Origin: Hydrolagus affinis
Lineage: Eukaryota
Direction of reading: 5' to 3'
Length of the DNA stretch: 64,000 nucleotides
NCBI GenBank assembly: GCA_012026655.1
Contig: JAAILG010000271.1
Location: 1-64,000, forward strand
A program made the position numbers and the translations under genes. The notes under the pieces were generated by a model, which was not told where the DNA came from, made no database searches, and saw only the letters and a program-made list of their open reading frames with translations. Positions 23,711 to 37,300 of the stretch are shown one piece after another; within the stretch, counting starts at the first letter, position 1, and the number at the start of each line of letters is the position of its first letter.

Positions 23711-26684
23711 TAAGTATAGGTCTAAATAATTGTGTTCCATTTACAATTGTTGTGTCAAAAGCCATCAGTGGTTTCCCTTAGACTTGGTGCCCTGCGAATC
23801 ACAACATCAGAGTTCTATTTAGTAATTGTATGCTCTATACTCACCAAAAAGCTGATATCCCACGAATGACAAGTTTGTTAGTTCACAGGTGATGATTACT
23901 GCAGCACACAGTGAAAATGTTAACCCCATGGTCACAATTCCCATCATTTTTGCATATGAGCCAACACGAGTACACTAGTTTGTACATTCTCAGTATAAAA
24001 CCCAAGTACTGTATCATCGTGAAGCATGATTTATTTGAAGCACTAAAATAAATTAGCTGAATAAATGTGCATGTCATTGTTTTCAAGAGAACTGGACTCT
24101 TTTGGTATCTTACAAGAAAATGGACTCTGTGGCAATTTCAGTAAGCTCTTTCTTCGGCTTTAACATAAAATATTAGTAATAAACCATTCCCTTCAGGTGC
24201 CCCTACCCCTCAGTGCCTATTACATTTGCTTCCTTTACGATATATTTTCTTAGAATGAAAGCACTTGCTTTCTCTGAATCTCAGGATTGATTTTATCAGT
24301 GAATGGGTCAAGACATTCAGCATTCTGTGGTAGTTGAGAAAGCTACTTACTCCTATATATGCTTTTATGACATTAGGGCACCTCCTCCACCATTGACTGG
24401 ATATTACTTTCCATAAATCTTTGCCTCCTCAGTCTCCCATTCACATCAACTTCATTTGCTTTTCGTTTTTGAGAGCAGTAAAACACTAAGCATGTAAACC
24501 AATGGTGTGCACAGGGGAACAACTGCAGCACTGGGATTTCTTTGTTGTTTTCTGCTCAGCTATAGCTAAGAATAATCCTTACATTGATTTTAGCACCTTT
24601 CACGTCGAGAGGATATCTCAAAGCACTTCACAGGATTTCCTGTAAAGCACAGTAACTGTGTATGTGTAGGCACTGGTTCACATTGGACCCATTATGAACT
24701 GAATGTCCGTATAAATACTATAAAAGCAGAGGGAATCAATATTAATGAGTGAGCCGAGTTACAAATCTCATGACACAAAATCTCCGAACATTTGTATGTC
24801 TGTGACATTGGCCCATATATCCATGACTTTGATCCATTGATAATTGAGCTCAGTGCAGAATTGGTTATGCCCACACTTCAGTTGGCAATGAACAGAGAAA
24901 AACAAATGTGGTCATGGTTACAAATCTGAGACTCAATAAGAATTTATAGGGTGCAACACCGAGCATATTTGAGCTTCAGTATCTTGTGGTATCAACAAGA
25001 GTCTCAAAAAGGATCAGGATTTCTTGCAGGAAGCCAGGGGTAAAGCTGTGTGAATCTATTGTGTTTTTAGTTTGTATGATTGACTGGATGATGTTACAAT
25101 GCAGGGCAGCTACTGCAGAAAGGTAGCACTGGGTTAATAGACAATAGAACAGGCAGTGTTTATTACTGAGACAAATCAAACTTTTGGTGCAAAAATATTT
25201 TACACGACCAAAACCAATGACAAGCCACTATGTTGCCTACCACTTTTATTTAAAGTTGGAGGAGATGTATATTGTAAGAAGCTTAATACAGGCTGTAAAG
25301 AAAAAAAATGCTGATCAGAGATAGAGTCAGAATGTAAATGAAGATGAATTAATATTGTATTGCAGAATAAGACAGAAAATGTAGTTACAAATTTTGCATA
25401 TTTATAAGTATGTTTTACAGTCAAAGTAAATGTCAAGCTATCCAGAATCTATAATACTTTATAGTATTTCAAATCATTTTAAATGTGTTTGAGTTTGGAT
25501 TTGTGTTCATCCCTGCCTGAATATGTCTCATGGATTTATAAATATTTACTGAATATTAATATTCTATTAAAACTGTATAGAATATGTTTTGTGTAATTCA
25601 GTGTCTCAAATAGCACAGTGTCACATGGAAAATTTATTTATTAATTTATTGGCATCGAATGGACAACCTTCTATCAACACCATTAAAGGCATCAAAAATG
25701 TACTATATTATAAATAATGTTGAATATCTGTCAGTGAAAATAAGATGGGAATCTAATCTTACGGGTCAGATGACAAGCACATACCGAACAACTACCTGAG
25801 CTAAACCCCTTTCGATTGAATTACTGACAGCTATTCATTATCCTTTTTATATTGTACCATTTATCAATAATTTGCTGGTGAAAACAGCTTGTAATATTTC
25901 AGCATCTGCCAAGTGATGCGCATGTACTCCTCATGTTCAACATCACAAGCAGTGTTATTACCCTTTCACCTCTATCATGCTGCCTACACAGTGTATCTGC
26001 TCAGTGGGCCTGCTGTGAAGCAGCAAGAAATGTAGAAAATAAAACTTTAAGCGGAAGAAAGAAAACTACACAGCGCGTAGCCTACAGCTGGAGCACAACT
26101 CGAGGCTGTAACTCAAATGGGCGATTTTGTTGATGCTCAAAAAATGCTTTTAAGCCTCTCAAATGTATTGCAATTTTTAAATCAGTGCTGGTTATGTTAT
26201 CCATTATAGTGTACGTAGTACTTTGCGTATCCAACATCACTGCTGTCCACTTCTTCTTTGTTGTCCTCATTAATTTACATCTGCTGTGCAATTTGTATGC
26301 TGTGAACTGCAGTTCAAAGTAAGACGGTCTATCGCTGGCCAAAATTGCAATTTGTGAAATTTATGAAGTTATTTGTCTTAGAGCTAATTTGTATCATTGT
26401 TTGGAACACTTGACAGCAGAGAGATGTTGCATCTTGCAGTGTTTGCAGTTGGGTTGATTTATTTTACTTTCAATGGTTGATGTAACAAACAAACTGTAAA
26501 TAGTTAGCAGCATAATGTTTCCTCCTCAAGGTGCATACTAAAAAACCACTGATGGAAAAGGCCATTCCCTATTCATGAGAGACTGCCAATGCCGTTCCAT
26601 AGACAGTAATCAGGAGGCATGCAAGGCTGCCCTGGTGACTTTGGGATATAGGGACTTTGAACTCACAGTCTAAACTGACATTGT

Positions 26685-26928
26685 AATGCAGTACGAGGGT
26701 GGACTGCATGGTCAGAGCTGTCGTCCTTCAGATGAAATGTTAAAAGGAGGCCCGATCTGCCTGTTCAATTGGGCACTAAGGATACCACAGCAATTTTTGA
26801 AATGTTAAGGGACTTTCTTCTGGTGCCTGGCCAACAATTCCCCAGGTAAAATTGTTCATTTACTTCACAGCTTTTTGTAGAACAGAATTGCGGTATGCAA
26901 ATTGACTGTGGCATTGTTCACCTACAAA
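26685..26928 (+). mobile_element. DeuSINE (Deu domain)
   Basis: tgcagtacgagggtggactgcatggtcagagctgtcgtccttcagatgaaatgttaaaaggaggcccgatctgcctgttc. Confidence 0.8.
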
Positions 26929-27240
26929 TAATAATAATAATCCTTGCGTTTAATATAGTGGCTTATCACATCTTCTAAATATCTCTAAGTGCTTCACAGA
27001 ATATACTTTGAAGTGAATCGATTGTATATTTTGTGGGTGAAACTCAGCAGCCAATTGTGGACAGCAGTGTCCCACAAACAGTAGTGTATTGAGTGACCAA
27101 ATTATTATTATTATTATTTATTTTGGAGGGATCAGTACCGCAGGAAAGTGATCCACCAATCGACTAACAACTGGGTTCCCAATTACTTACATAGAGAAGT
27201 GTAGATTAAGGAAGTTTGCCTAAGGTTTTGCCCTGCCTGT
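26929..27240 (-). mobile_element. tRNA-derived SINE, tail-to-tail with the DeuSINE
   Basis: (AAT)n tail, gcagccaattgtggacagcagtgtcccacaaacag, aaggaagtttgcctaaggttttgccctgcc. Confidence 0.85.
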
Positions 27241-28204
27241 CACTCAGAGAATTCAATTCAAGAGGTAAACTAGGTAATCAGAGGCATGGTAATATACACT
27301 TGGTTATGGAATACACTTTACAGTAACTTCTGAAAGTGCTTTGTGACATCCTCCCAAGATGGAAGATGCTATAATTGTTATCATGCACAGAATAAAGTGC
27401 ATCTAAATAGCAGAAAATTTGATTTGGAACAAAATTTATTTGTTCTTTTCCAGCACTCCGCAAAGTGATTTAATTGTTGTTAAAGTGACTCTTAGATATA
27501 AAAATAAAGAATTTCTTCACAGAAACTTCTTCACTGTGATTTCTCATGTAAACATATCTCCAAGTGCAACTACTGTCACGTGTAGTGGGTGATGTTATTT
27601 ACATTCGCAGATGATCATGACTAATTATTTTGGAGAATTGTTGGCTGAGACACTGGGAATGAAACTCCAATCTCTTTTTTTGATTAGTCTTATGGAATGT
27701 TGCTGTCCTCCTCAATCGTTAGATGGGATGTCAATGTAATGTTTCTTCTGAAAGACATAACAGTCTAAACCAGAGGCACAATTTGTAATGACTGACATTT
27801 TGTAGACACTTTAGATGGTGAATATGATTATTTGAAAAAGCTAGATTTAATATCAGCTCAGATTTATGCCCATTTTACATCATAAGTTTGCCTTCCCGAA
27901 GATACAGCAGCTCTGAAGGCAATTTAAAAAGAAAATTGACCAGTATTCCCAGTGTTGAAATTGGCAAAATTCTTTCAGAGTTGAATTTTCCATTCCCATG
28001 TCATTGTTGCCATTTGGAAATCCTTCACCATGCTTAAGAGTAGCATAACAAGGCTGGTAATAAAGAGGTAATCAGTAGCACAATCATTTGTAATTTAGAT
28101 GCCTAACCTCACCGGTATCATTTGATTAGCAGAGATTGTGAAAATATATATCAAATATCTGATTGGCATGTATTGATTGGCTCGCACCGTCATGCACTTC
28201 TATG

Positions 28205-29093
28205 ATTGCTCACTCGACCTCACCAAACCAGTCTGGAACCTAGGTGTCTTGTTCGATCCTCAACTGTCTTTCTTCACCCACATCCAAGCAATGTCTCGCT
28301 CTGCCTTCCCTCATCTTCGCAATATTGCCAAACTCCGCCATTACCTTACCTCCAAGGCCACTGAAACCCTCATTCATACCTTCATTACATCCCGGCTTGA
28401 CTATGCAAACGCCCTGCTTGTTGGCCTCCCCAATTCCTCCCTTCACAGGTTGCAGATAATCCAGAACTCTGTGGCCCATGCCCTCTATCCCTCCAAGCTC
28501 CGTGAACCCTATCCTCACCCGACTCCATTTGCTCCCCATCATCCAATGGATCCAATTTGAGATCCTGTTCCTCACATTCAAAGCCCTCCATGGTCTCACC
28601 CAACCTACATCCGTGACCTCCTAACCCCCTACTAATCTTCCCACCCCCTCTGCTCAGCAGGCTCTGGCCTTCTCTATGTCCCCCAAACCACCTGCCCCAC
28701 CATTGGCAGGCGAGCCTTTAGCCACTCTGCCCCCAACCTTTGTAACTCCATTCCACATTCCTCCACCTTGACCCTCTCTGGTCTCCTTCAAGTTCCAGCC
28801 TCAAAACTCTCCTCTTCAATGGTCCCATCGGTCACCCCAAACCCCCTCTTTCCCTCCAATCTCCCTGTCCCCAGCTCGGGTCTGAAACAATAACTGGCCA
28901 GCACCTTGCGACATCCTCTTGATGTGAAAAGCGCTATAAAGTGTCAACAACAACAACAACTTAAACTTATAAAGCGCCTTTCACGTCGGGAGGACGTCCC
29001 AAGGCGCTGCATAGGAGGCGTGTGACCCGAGCTGGGAGGGGAGTGTTCGGGAAGGGGTGAAACACGTAGGGGAGTTTATTTTGTTGTTGTTGT
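28205..29093 (+). mobile_element. 5'-truncated L2 LINE (same subfamily as 13669-14858), tail interrupted by a young L2 end
   Basis: NLGVLFDPQLSFFTHIQAMSRSAFPHLRNIAKLRHYL..SRLDYANALLVGLP; tail resumes as ttattttgttgttgttgt at about 29075. Confidence 0.92.
28945..29073 (-). mobile_element. Short young L2 3' end
   Basis: Near-identical to the reverse complement of about 55942-56069. Confidence 0.9.
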
Positions 29094-32000
29094 TTAGTAC
29101 ATATGCAAACATGCGATGTCACAACATTACTGAAATACGTACAGTATATCCTGTAAAATGTTTGGAGACATCAGGGTTATGTGATAAAGTACCATATGAA
29201 ATGCAAGGATTATTATTCTTATTATATGCAAATTAGCCTACAAATACTGTAAACAATAATGCACTTTATCGAACGTATTTCCTGTGAAACGCTTTAAAAT
29301 GTTTCAACTTGATAAAATGCTTCATCAAATGCAAGAATTATTATTATTAGTAGTATCAGAAGCATTATTTTTGTAGGATTTGATTAAAGTTCATTCCTCT
29401 TATTATTTTAATATTATTATAACTCACCAGGGATCACTGGAAATTCCAATTAAACTGAATCATTGTTTGTAAAAAAATTAAAGTTCTCTTCAAATCAGCT
29501 GATTCAGCTTCACCCTGAATCCAGCCAAAATAAATTGACATTTTTATTCCTGGGATATGCACACACTATTAACAAATTTAATCACTGCTTGCTCAAAACC
29601 CCACCCCTGAATGCTCCATTTGGAGAAAGGCTTAGATTTAACACACACCACTTCGGAGTTAGCAAAGACATAATTTGTCAGGTGCTAAAGATAATGTTGA
29701 GCACTCAGGACTCTTTGTTTCAGCACTAAGCACTTCCATTATGAAACAATTGCTTTAAAACCACAGCAACGTTTAGCAGCTTGGAGATTACTTCCAGAGA
29801 TCAGCATTCATCATTCTGTATTGTCTTTCTCAATGATACTCCTGTTAAGGCTAACATTACCATTCTTTCAGGAGCTACTTCTAAAGCCACCTATATTGCT
29901 GCAACAACCTGCATTCTGCAGCATATATTTAATTATGAATTTCCACTGGTTTGTTACACTTGCAGTGGGCACATGAGTTGAGTGTGATATGTGGAACAAG
30001 GAACAAAGGTTGACAGTGCTGGATAAAGGAGTATATTTCCACTTTGCATCTGGTGACAATACTTAGCACTCTAGGTCAGGCACAGTGTGGAATCGTTTCA
30101 ATGATGGGCATCTCTGTGTGTTCCACGAAGCATCGTCAGACACAGCTTCACTTGCTGCAAATAGGTTACATTTAGTTTGAGTTAATCTCGGGCTTCTCAC
30201 ATGTGAAAGAACAAAATTAAATGTGGTTTTATGCTTTGGGCAAGCAGAGAAGTGAGCCTGTTGACTAATGTTGGATGGCATGAGCCCATTTCACATTGAA
30301 CCAAGAATAGCCACTAGTGATTTTCAATGATTGGTCTAAAGGAAATATCTAGCACTGCAATTATTGGACCCATAGGGGCAGACAATGGTCTATTAATGTA
30401 TTTTTCCTCAATTATGGCAAACAACTTCCAGAATTTCCTTCTCTTTAGTATGTGAACATAATATTTATGTCCTTTTAAGACACTACCACAGAATGGCTAT
30501 TGCAGTACATTTTCTGTCATACATAATATTTCAATGCTAACACTCAACATTCAACTTTCATGCTGATCAATAATTAAATTACTCAGAATACCACTATAGT
30601 ATATGAGACTTGCACATCACTCACCCTTGCAACTCTTTCACCATCCAATCCCTGCTACCTCGCTCTATATTTCCTTACTCCAAACAAGCTGACAATAAAA
30701 GGGCTTTGATTGTTTCTTTATTTTCAATTTCCTCCCGCAGTGCTGACCTCCTCCTGCGGTGTAAACGCAAAAGCCCCAAACAAACAATTGCTTCCATTTC
30801 AGAGAGCAAGGGACTAATGCTTAACTTTATTGATTTGGAAAACAAAGAAAAAAACACAGTAAGGCATTGATTATTTCGAACAAATCCTAAAGCATACAGT
30901 CCAACGGACACCTCATATAAAGGCAGGGAGGTGCTTAAACCAATAGAGAAACCAAACCTTCAACAAAACTTAATGTGCTAGGATAGTGCACAAGAGGACA
31001 CAAGTTCAGTGATATATACGCAATATCAGGCATCAGGAAGTATTTCTTTACATTGAGGCTAATCAACAGCAAAAATTAGTTACTACAAGTAGGCTTATTT
31101 AAGAAACATGAGAACCACAATAGATTTGTTTAGGAAGGTTGAAGTAAAGAATGAGCTGAGACACATGGTGCCTAAAAGACTCCATGATGTACTCTTTTTG
31201 TAGACATTGAAATTAAAATATGAAGCATTAACAGAAGAGTAACAGGGAGGTTGGTTGCTTCTTGGCTGGTCTAAGTTCTTTTTAACTGTGGGATTCAGTT
31301 ACTTCACAAGATGGATTGGTAGGTGAGGGCACACAGACATATTTAATTGGAAAATGGATCTAGTGGTAGGTTACTAATGATATAGCATAAATATCCCTGA
31401 ATCATTTCAGATGAATAAACATATTGTAGTTAATATGTACATGTGACAGAAAATTGCTGACTCAGGAATCAATGTGGTGCACATGATTCACACTGGCCTT
31501 CTGATCACACCCAGTCATTCCCAACACATTGAAAGTTCCCACACTGGAATTTAATCACTTTGTAACATTTAACCTTTTTACAACCAGCTCATTACTTATT
31601 ACCTCTTTACTTATACCTCCATGTTCTCTGCACATCTACCACTGAACATATACAACTGTGCTTATACAACTGATGTACAATGTGACAATTGGAAACAGAT
31701 TTCAATGCAGTTTGGTAAATCGTATCAAATAGAACATGACAAGCAAAGCCATGAGAGAATTAAGGTAATATTTTAGAATGAGTGTATATGAACACTATTA
31801 TCATTCCATGCCTTAATAGTTTCTAGTGAGAACTGCACACAGAATGAAGAGTCAGCACTGTATTCTGCTGCAAAATTGGTTTTGTCTGCAACATATACTG
31901 TAAAGTGAAAATATACAGTCAATTCACTTTACGGTATATTTTGTGAAGCGTTTAAAACATTTTTATGTGACGAGGTGCTACATCTTTGTGTGACGAGGTG

Positions 32001-32624
32001 CTATATCAAATGCAATAATTATTATTAATATTGTTGTTTTTATTATTAATTATAATGGATGATCAGCACTGTAATCATTGTAGAGAATAACCTGAATACA
32101 TAATATATGTATATATATTCTCCCAACATGTATTGATCTCCATGCAAAAGATTTTTCTGCTCATCTATCGAGCCTTTTTCTATTCCATCAACCAAGCAAT
32201 TTGTTATCTGGTGGCTCCATCCTTGATGCATTCTGCTACCTTCCTCACTTCAAGGAGTATGGGCTTCTAATCTAAAAGAGGCAACCTTGTTCGCCTGCCA
32301 TAATTGGTTTGCGCTCGCTTATGATTTACCTCAATTCCTCCTCCACAACTCTGAAAGCCCCTTAATGACCCAGAGTACCGCTGTACTGCCAGCGGGTGGG
32401 CCAATCAGAGTACTTTCTTTGGAACAAGGTAGAATTGATCTCCGCCATAATGATCACAGGCCTTCCATCCATGTCCCAGCAAATCGCAAGAAGCCAGGAA
32501 ACCTAACATCCCGAATAAGATATTCCTTGGGATAAAAACCCCCATAGGATCACAGGAACTGCATGTATATCACTGGAAAAAAAAGCCACATCTGGATTCG
32601 GAGTTTCCTAAAGCAACTCAAATG

Positions 32625-33030
32625 ATAATGTAGTAAAGATGCCTTTCATGCTGGGTGGATATCTCAAAGTGCTTTGTAGGATTTACTGTGAAGTTCAGTG
32701 ACTCTACATGTGTAGAGTGTTAAAAGCGCTCTGAGATGCCGTCCGGCGTGGAGGGCACTATATAAATCGAAGTTGTTGTTGTTGTGCAGGTAGATACAGA
32801 AGCCCAGTTGTTCACAGCAATCCCGTACAAACAGCCTTGAAACAAATGACCAAATTTATATGGGGGATTGTTAACGAAGACACCAGGAAAACCTTGGTTC
32901 GACATTTTATCTGAAGGACAGCATCTCCAACAATCCAACGCATCCCCAGCACTGTATTGAAGTAGAAGCCCCGAATGTGGGTTTAAGTCCCGCTGCAACT
33001 TGAACCCACAAACTTCTGTCTCATAGATGA
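32625..33030 (-). mobile_element. DeuSINE interrupted by a mini L2 tail (32720-32784, plus strand)
   Basis: Reverse Deu domain ggttcgacattttatctgaaggacagcatctccaacaat; head ttgaacccacaaacttctgtctca. Confidence 0.75.
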
Positions 33031-33119
33031 GATTTTTTCCAACATGATGGTAGAAAAGTATATAAATATGGAAGTATATGCAAAAGGGCCATGTTAAAAC
33101 GTCCAAGACGTCACAACAT

Positions 33120-35035
33120 TCTTTCAGTCTTCCTTGGACACAGGGTTGGTGCCAGCTGACTGGAAGGTTGCTAATGTTACTCCCCTGCACTAAAAGGGGC
33201 AGCAGGACAAACCAGGAAACTACAGGCCAGTCAGTCTAACATCAGTAGTGGGGAAACTTCTAGAGAATATAATCAGGGACAAGATAGATCTTCACTTAGA
33301 AAGAACTAAAGGATAGCCAGCACGGATTTGTTAAAACCAAATCTTGCCTGACGAACCTGATAAAATTGTTTGATGAAGTAACAGAATGGGTGGACGAGGG
33401 TAGTGCAGTTGATGTAGTTTATATGGACTTTCAAAAGGCATTTGACAAAGTGCCACATGAAAGGCTTATAAGGAAAACAGAGGCCCATGGCGTTAAAGGG
33501 ACAGTGGCAGCAGGGATCCAGAACAACAACAACAATGACAAAATTACACTTATAGAGCGCCTTTCACGTCGGGAGGACGTCCCAAAGGCTGAATAGTCAG
33601 GTTGGGACCGAGCAGTGGGGGGAGGGTCAGGATAGGGGGAAGTAAAAGGAGAGTAGGAGAGATGGAGGAGTTAGGAGGGGAGCAGAAGGCATGGTCGAAG
33701 AGGAAGGTCTTGAGACTGGCCTTGAAGGAGGAAAGAGAGGAAGTGAGGTGAAGGGATTGCGGGATGGAGTTTCACAGTGTGGGAGCAGAGAGGCTGAAAG
33801 CCTGGCCACCAATGGTGGGGCGGTTATGGCAGTGGACATGGAGCAGGCCAGAGTGGAGGGACGGGAGGGCTGATACGGAGTCAGCAGGTCACAGAGATAG
33901 GCTGGGGCAAGGCCGTAAATGGCCTTGGTGAGGACAAGAATCTTGAATTCGATCCTCTGGGGATTCCAGAACTGGCTGGGTTATGGTAAACGGCTGTTTT
34001 TCTGACTGGAGGGAAGTGTACAGTGGCGTCCCCCAGGGATTGGTATTGGGAACACTGCTCTTTTTAATTTATATGATCGATCTGGACTTGGATATAGAGA
34101 GCACCATTTCCAAGTTTGCAGATGACACAAAGTTGGGAAAAATAGTAAATAGTGAGGAGGATAGTAGCCATCTGCAAGAAGATATAGACAGAATGGTTAA
34201 ATGAGCAGACACATGGCAGATGAAATTTAATGTAGAGCAATGTGAGGTGATGCATTTTGAGAGGAGAAATGAGGGGAGGCAATATAGGCGAGATAGTACA
34301 ATTTTAAGGGGTGTGAAGGAACAGAGAGACCTAGGGGTTTGTGTAAGGGAGTCTTTGAAAGTGGTAGGACAGGTACACAAGGCTGTTAGAAAAGCAAATG
34401 GGATACTAGGCTTTATAAATAGGGACATAGAGTACAAAAGTCAGGAAGTTCTGACTAACCTTTATAAAACTTTGTTTAGGCCTCAGCTAGAGTACTGTGT
34501 TCAATTCTGGCCACTACACTTTAGGAAAGATATTAAGGCATTGGAAAAGGTGCAGAGGAGATTTACCAGGATGATACCAGGAATGAGTGACTTCAGGTAG
34601 GAGGAAAGGCTAGAGAGGCTATGCTTATTCTCATTGGAGCAGAGAAGGTTAAGAGGAGCCCAATAGGGGTTTTTAAGATCGTGAGTACAATTTTAGGGGG
34701 TGTGAAGGAAAAACTGTTTCCACTGGTGGGTGTATTAGTGATTCGTGGTCACAGATTTAAAATAGTTTCAAAAAGAAGTAGAGGGGAGGCAAGGCAAGGA
34801 GAAATTTTTTCACTCAGTGAGTTGTTCTGGAATGAATTGCCTGAAAAGATGGTGGAGGCCAATTCAATAACAACTTTTAAAAGAAAGCTAGACATTTATT
34901 TGGGGAGGACGGGTTTGCGCTGTTATCGGGAGAGAGCTGGGGAATGGGATTGAATTGCCCTTTTCAAAGAACCAGCACAGACTCCAAGGGCTGAATAGCC
35001 TCCTTTTGTGCGATAAGATTCTATGATTCTATGAT
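33120..35035 (+). mobile_element. 5'-truncated CR1 LINE (decayed RT through 3' end), split by an L2
   Basis: DWKVANVTPL..PGNYRPVSLTSVVGKLLE, YMDFQKAFDKVPH, SGVPQG, KFADDTKL, LYKTLFRPQLEYCVQFW; 3' octamer repeat attctatgattctatgat. Confidence 0.97.
33525..33964 (-). mobile_element. L2 3' fragment inserted in the CR1, with an 8-bp TSD
   Basis: (GTT)n tail and stem-loop; TCCAGAAC duplicated at 33517-33524 and 33965-33972. Confidence 0.9.
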
Positions 35036-35037
35036 AG

Positions 35038-35339
35038 TTGGACTCCTTTAGCTCAGTGGTTACAGTGCCATGCCTTACAAGCGAGAGACCCTGGTTTGAT
35101 TCCAGAAAGGCTGAAACCTTGGTCAAATTTCCTTACCCCCATGCCAGATAATAGTCTCTCAAAAACAAATTGGTAATTTCAATCCACAACTTTTTTTGGG
35201 ACACTCCCATTGGCTGCTGCATTTCGCCCACATATATACAGTCAATTCACTTTTTAGTATATTCTATGAAGCGCTTTGAGACATCCAGAAGATGTGAAAA
35301 GCACTACATCAAATGCAAGGGTTATTATTATTATTATTA
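35038..35339 (+). mobile_element. tRNA-derived SINE immediately after the CR1 tail
   Basis: ggactcctttagctcagtggtta...ggtttgattcc...gaagcgctttgagacatccagaagatgtgaaaagcact...(ATT)n. Confidence 0.88.
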
Positions 35340-36699
35340 AGCCAAACTGTCGCGCATATGCAACTAAATTTATCCTTTACCCCCATTATAAATCAATTAG
35401 TTCATCTTATCAAATTATGGTTTCTAGGCATATTTGGAATCTCACTTATCTACCTATATTGTACAAACAATTTGCTTCCAGATACTATGCATGATGCTGA
35501 TTCCCTGCGAAGTGCTTTGTGACATTTAGCTGTAGAGTTTGTAACAAATTGAAGGATTATTGTTGATCGTGCTTCTTGTTATGAGCAATGATGCTCTTAA
35601 TTAACATGGTGGAGAAAATAATCTAAAAAAAATGTGCATGTCTCTTGTCATAGACTTTCAAAGCATTCTGGGATGCCGCCTGGCATGGAGGGCACTGTAT
35701 AAATGCAAATTGTTGCTGTTTAAATAAATAAAATCCTGCATAATATCCTAATAATAATATCCTGAACAGGGAAATATGGAAAACCGAGAACAACCATTTA
35801 AATTATTTAATCTCATTACCCCTCCCCCCCCACCCCACATTATCATATTGTCTCCTCTCTTTGGATCCTTAATTCAAAGAATTCATTTTTAAGCCCTCCT
35901 CCTTGATAATGACATATACTGTATATATTACCATCCCTTTTACCCTCATTCACTGTTCTCAACAAATGTTGATCCAGCTTCCTTTTCAGAACACTAAATA
36001 CATAATTTTTCTGTCAGCCCAGCATCCTGTGGGGGAAATAAATCTCCAATCTCAAATCCAGTCAGAAGTTTGTACATTTTGTGTTTGTTCCCTCCAGTCT
36101 TACACATATAGAACAAGGCACGTAGCCTGCTTGCCTCAATCTTGTCTATATCGTTCATTTTTCTTTTTCATACCTCTTGATCTTCTTTCTGCAGCATAAG
36201 CAAGTTAAGTTGCCTGAGTTTTCCATCACAATGTTTACCCCTGAGGCCTGGAATAAGTCCAAAGAATCTTTCGTCAATCTTTTCACTGTCCTAATTATAA
36301 TGAAGATAGTTTCAATTTGAAGGTAAATATCCCAATCTTTACAAAGGAGGCTGTAGATTGGTCCAATTGAGATGTACCTGGCTAAACCTTGCCATTCTCT
36401 TATCTTGAACCTTTATTAGAGAATACAAGGCAATGTTTATCCATCACCTCGTTGAGCTCTTGTTAATTGTGCAGTGTGCTAGCCCTTTAAGCATGCTGCA
36501 GCCTTAAATCTACCTGCATGTTGTTAGAAGTCAAACTGGGCATAATAAATTTGTGAGCAATGTTCTAATGTGGAATTTCACAGGCTAAACAACATTGCAC
36601 ACTGTATACCATTGCCATCCACCTAAATGAGAGCTGATAACTTTGCTAATTATGGAAGTGTTCTATTTAATTTTCTGTTTCCCACTTCTGTCAATACTT

Positions 36700-37300
36700 C
36701 ACCCCAAAAGCTGCCGAAAGTTGGGTCCATCCATGCCTTTGTCACTTCGGCTGGACTACCCCAACGCACTCCTCGTCAGACTCCCCTCCTCCACCATTCA
36801 CAACATTCAGCTCATCAAAAACTCTGCTGCCTGTATTCTCATCAGCACCAAACTTTGTACCCTGATTACCCCAGTCCTTGCCAAACTGCACTAGTTCCCT
36901 GTTACAGAGCGGTTTGACATCAAGATCCTCATTCTTGTGTTTAAATTCCTTTACTTCTCAGCAACCCCCTACTGAGATAACCTCCTCTATCCTCACAGCA
37001 GTACCTGCTGCCTCCACTCTACTGGGTCCAGCCTTCGACTTATCCTTTAATCCACCACGCCACCACTGACAGACTGTCAGTGCTTTCAGCCACTATACCC
37101 CAAAACTTTGGAACTCCCTCCCTGAACCCCTTAGACTTACCCCCTCCTTTCCCATATTCAGGATGTCCCTGAAGACCTTTATCTTCAACACGCTATTGGG
37201 CACTTTCCCCCTCCCCCTGGCTCAACCTTAAGCTCTGCCAATTTTAAGCGCTCTGAGACACTGCCTGCTGTGGAGGGCACTGTATAAATGCAAGTTGTTC
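36700..37300 (+). mobile_element. Old L2 3' fragment (third tail variant)
   Basis: RLDYPNALLVRLPSSTIHNIQLIKNSAACIL; tail aagcgctctgagacactgcctgctgtggagggcact. Confidence 0.85.

Noticed and set aside
31966-32008. Short tandem duplications (also 43582-43612)
   Set aside because: Local slippage inside decayed SINE/L2 tails, with no further structure.
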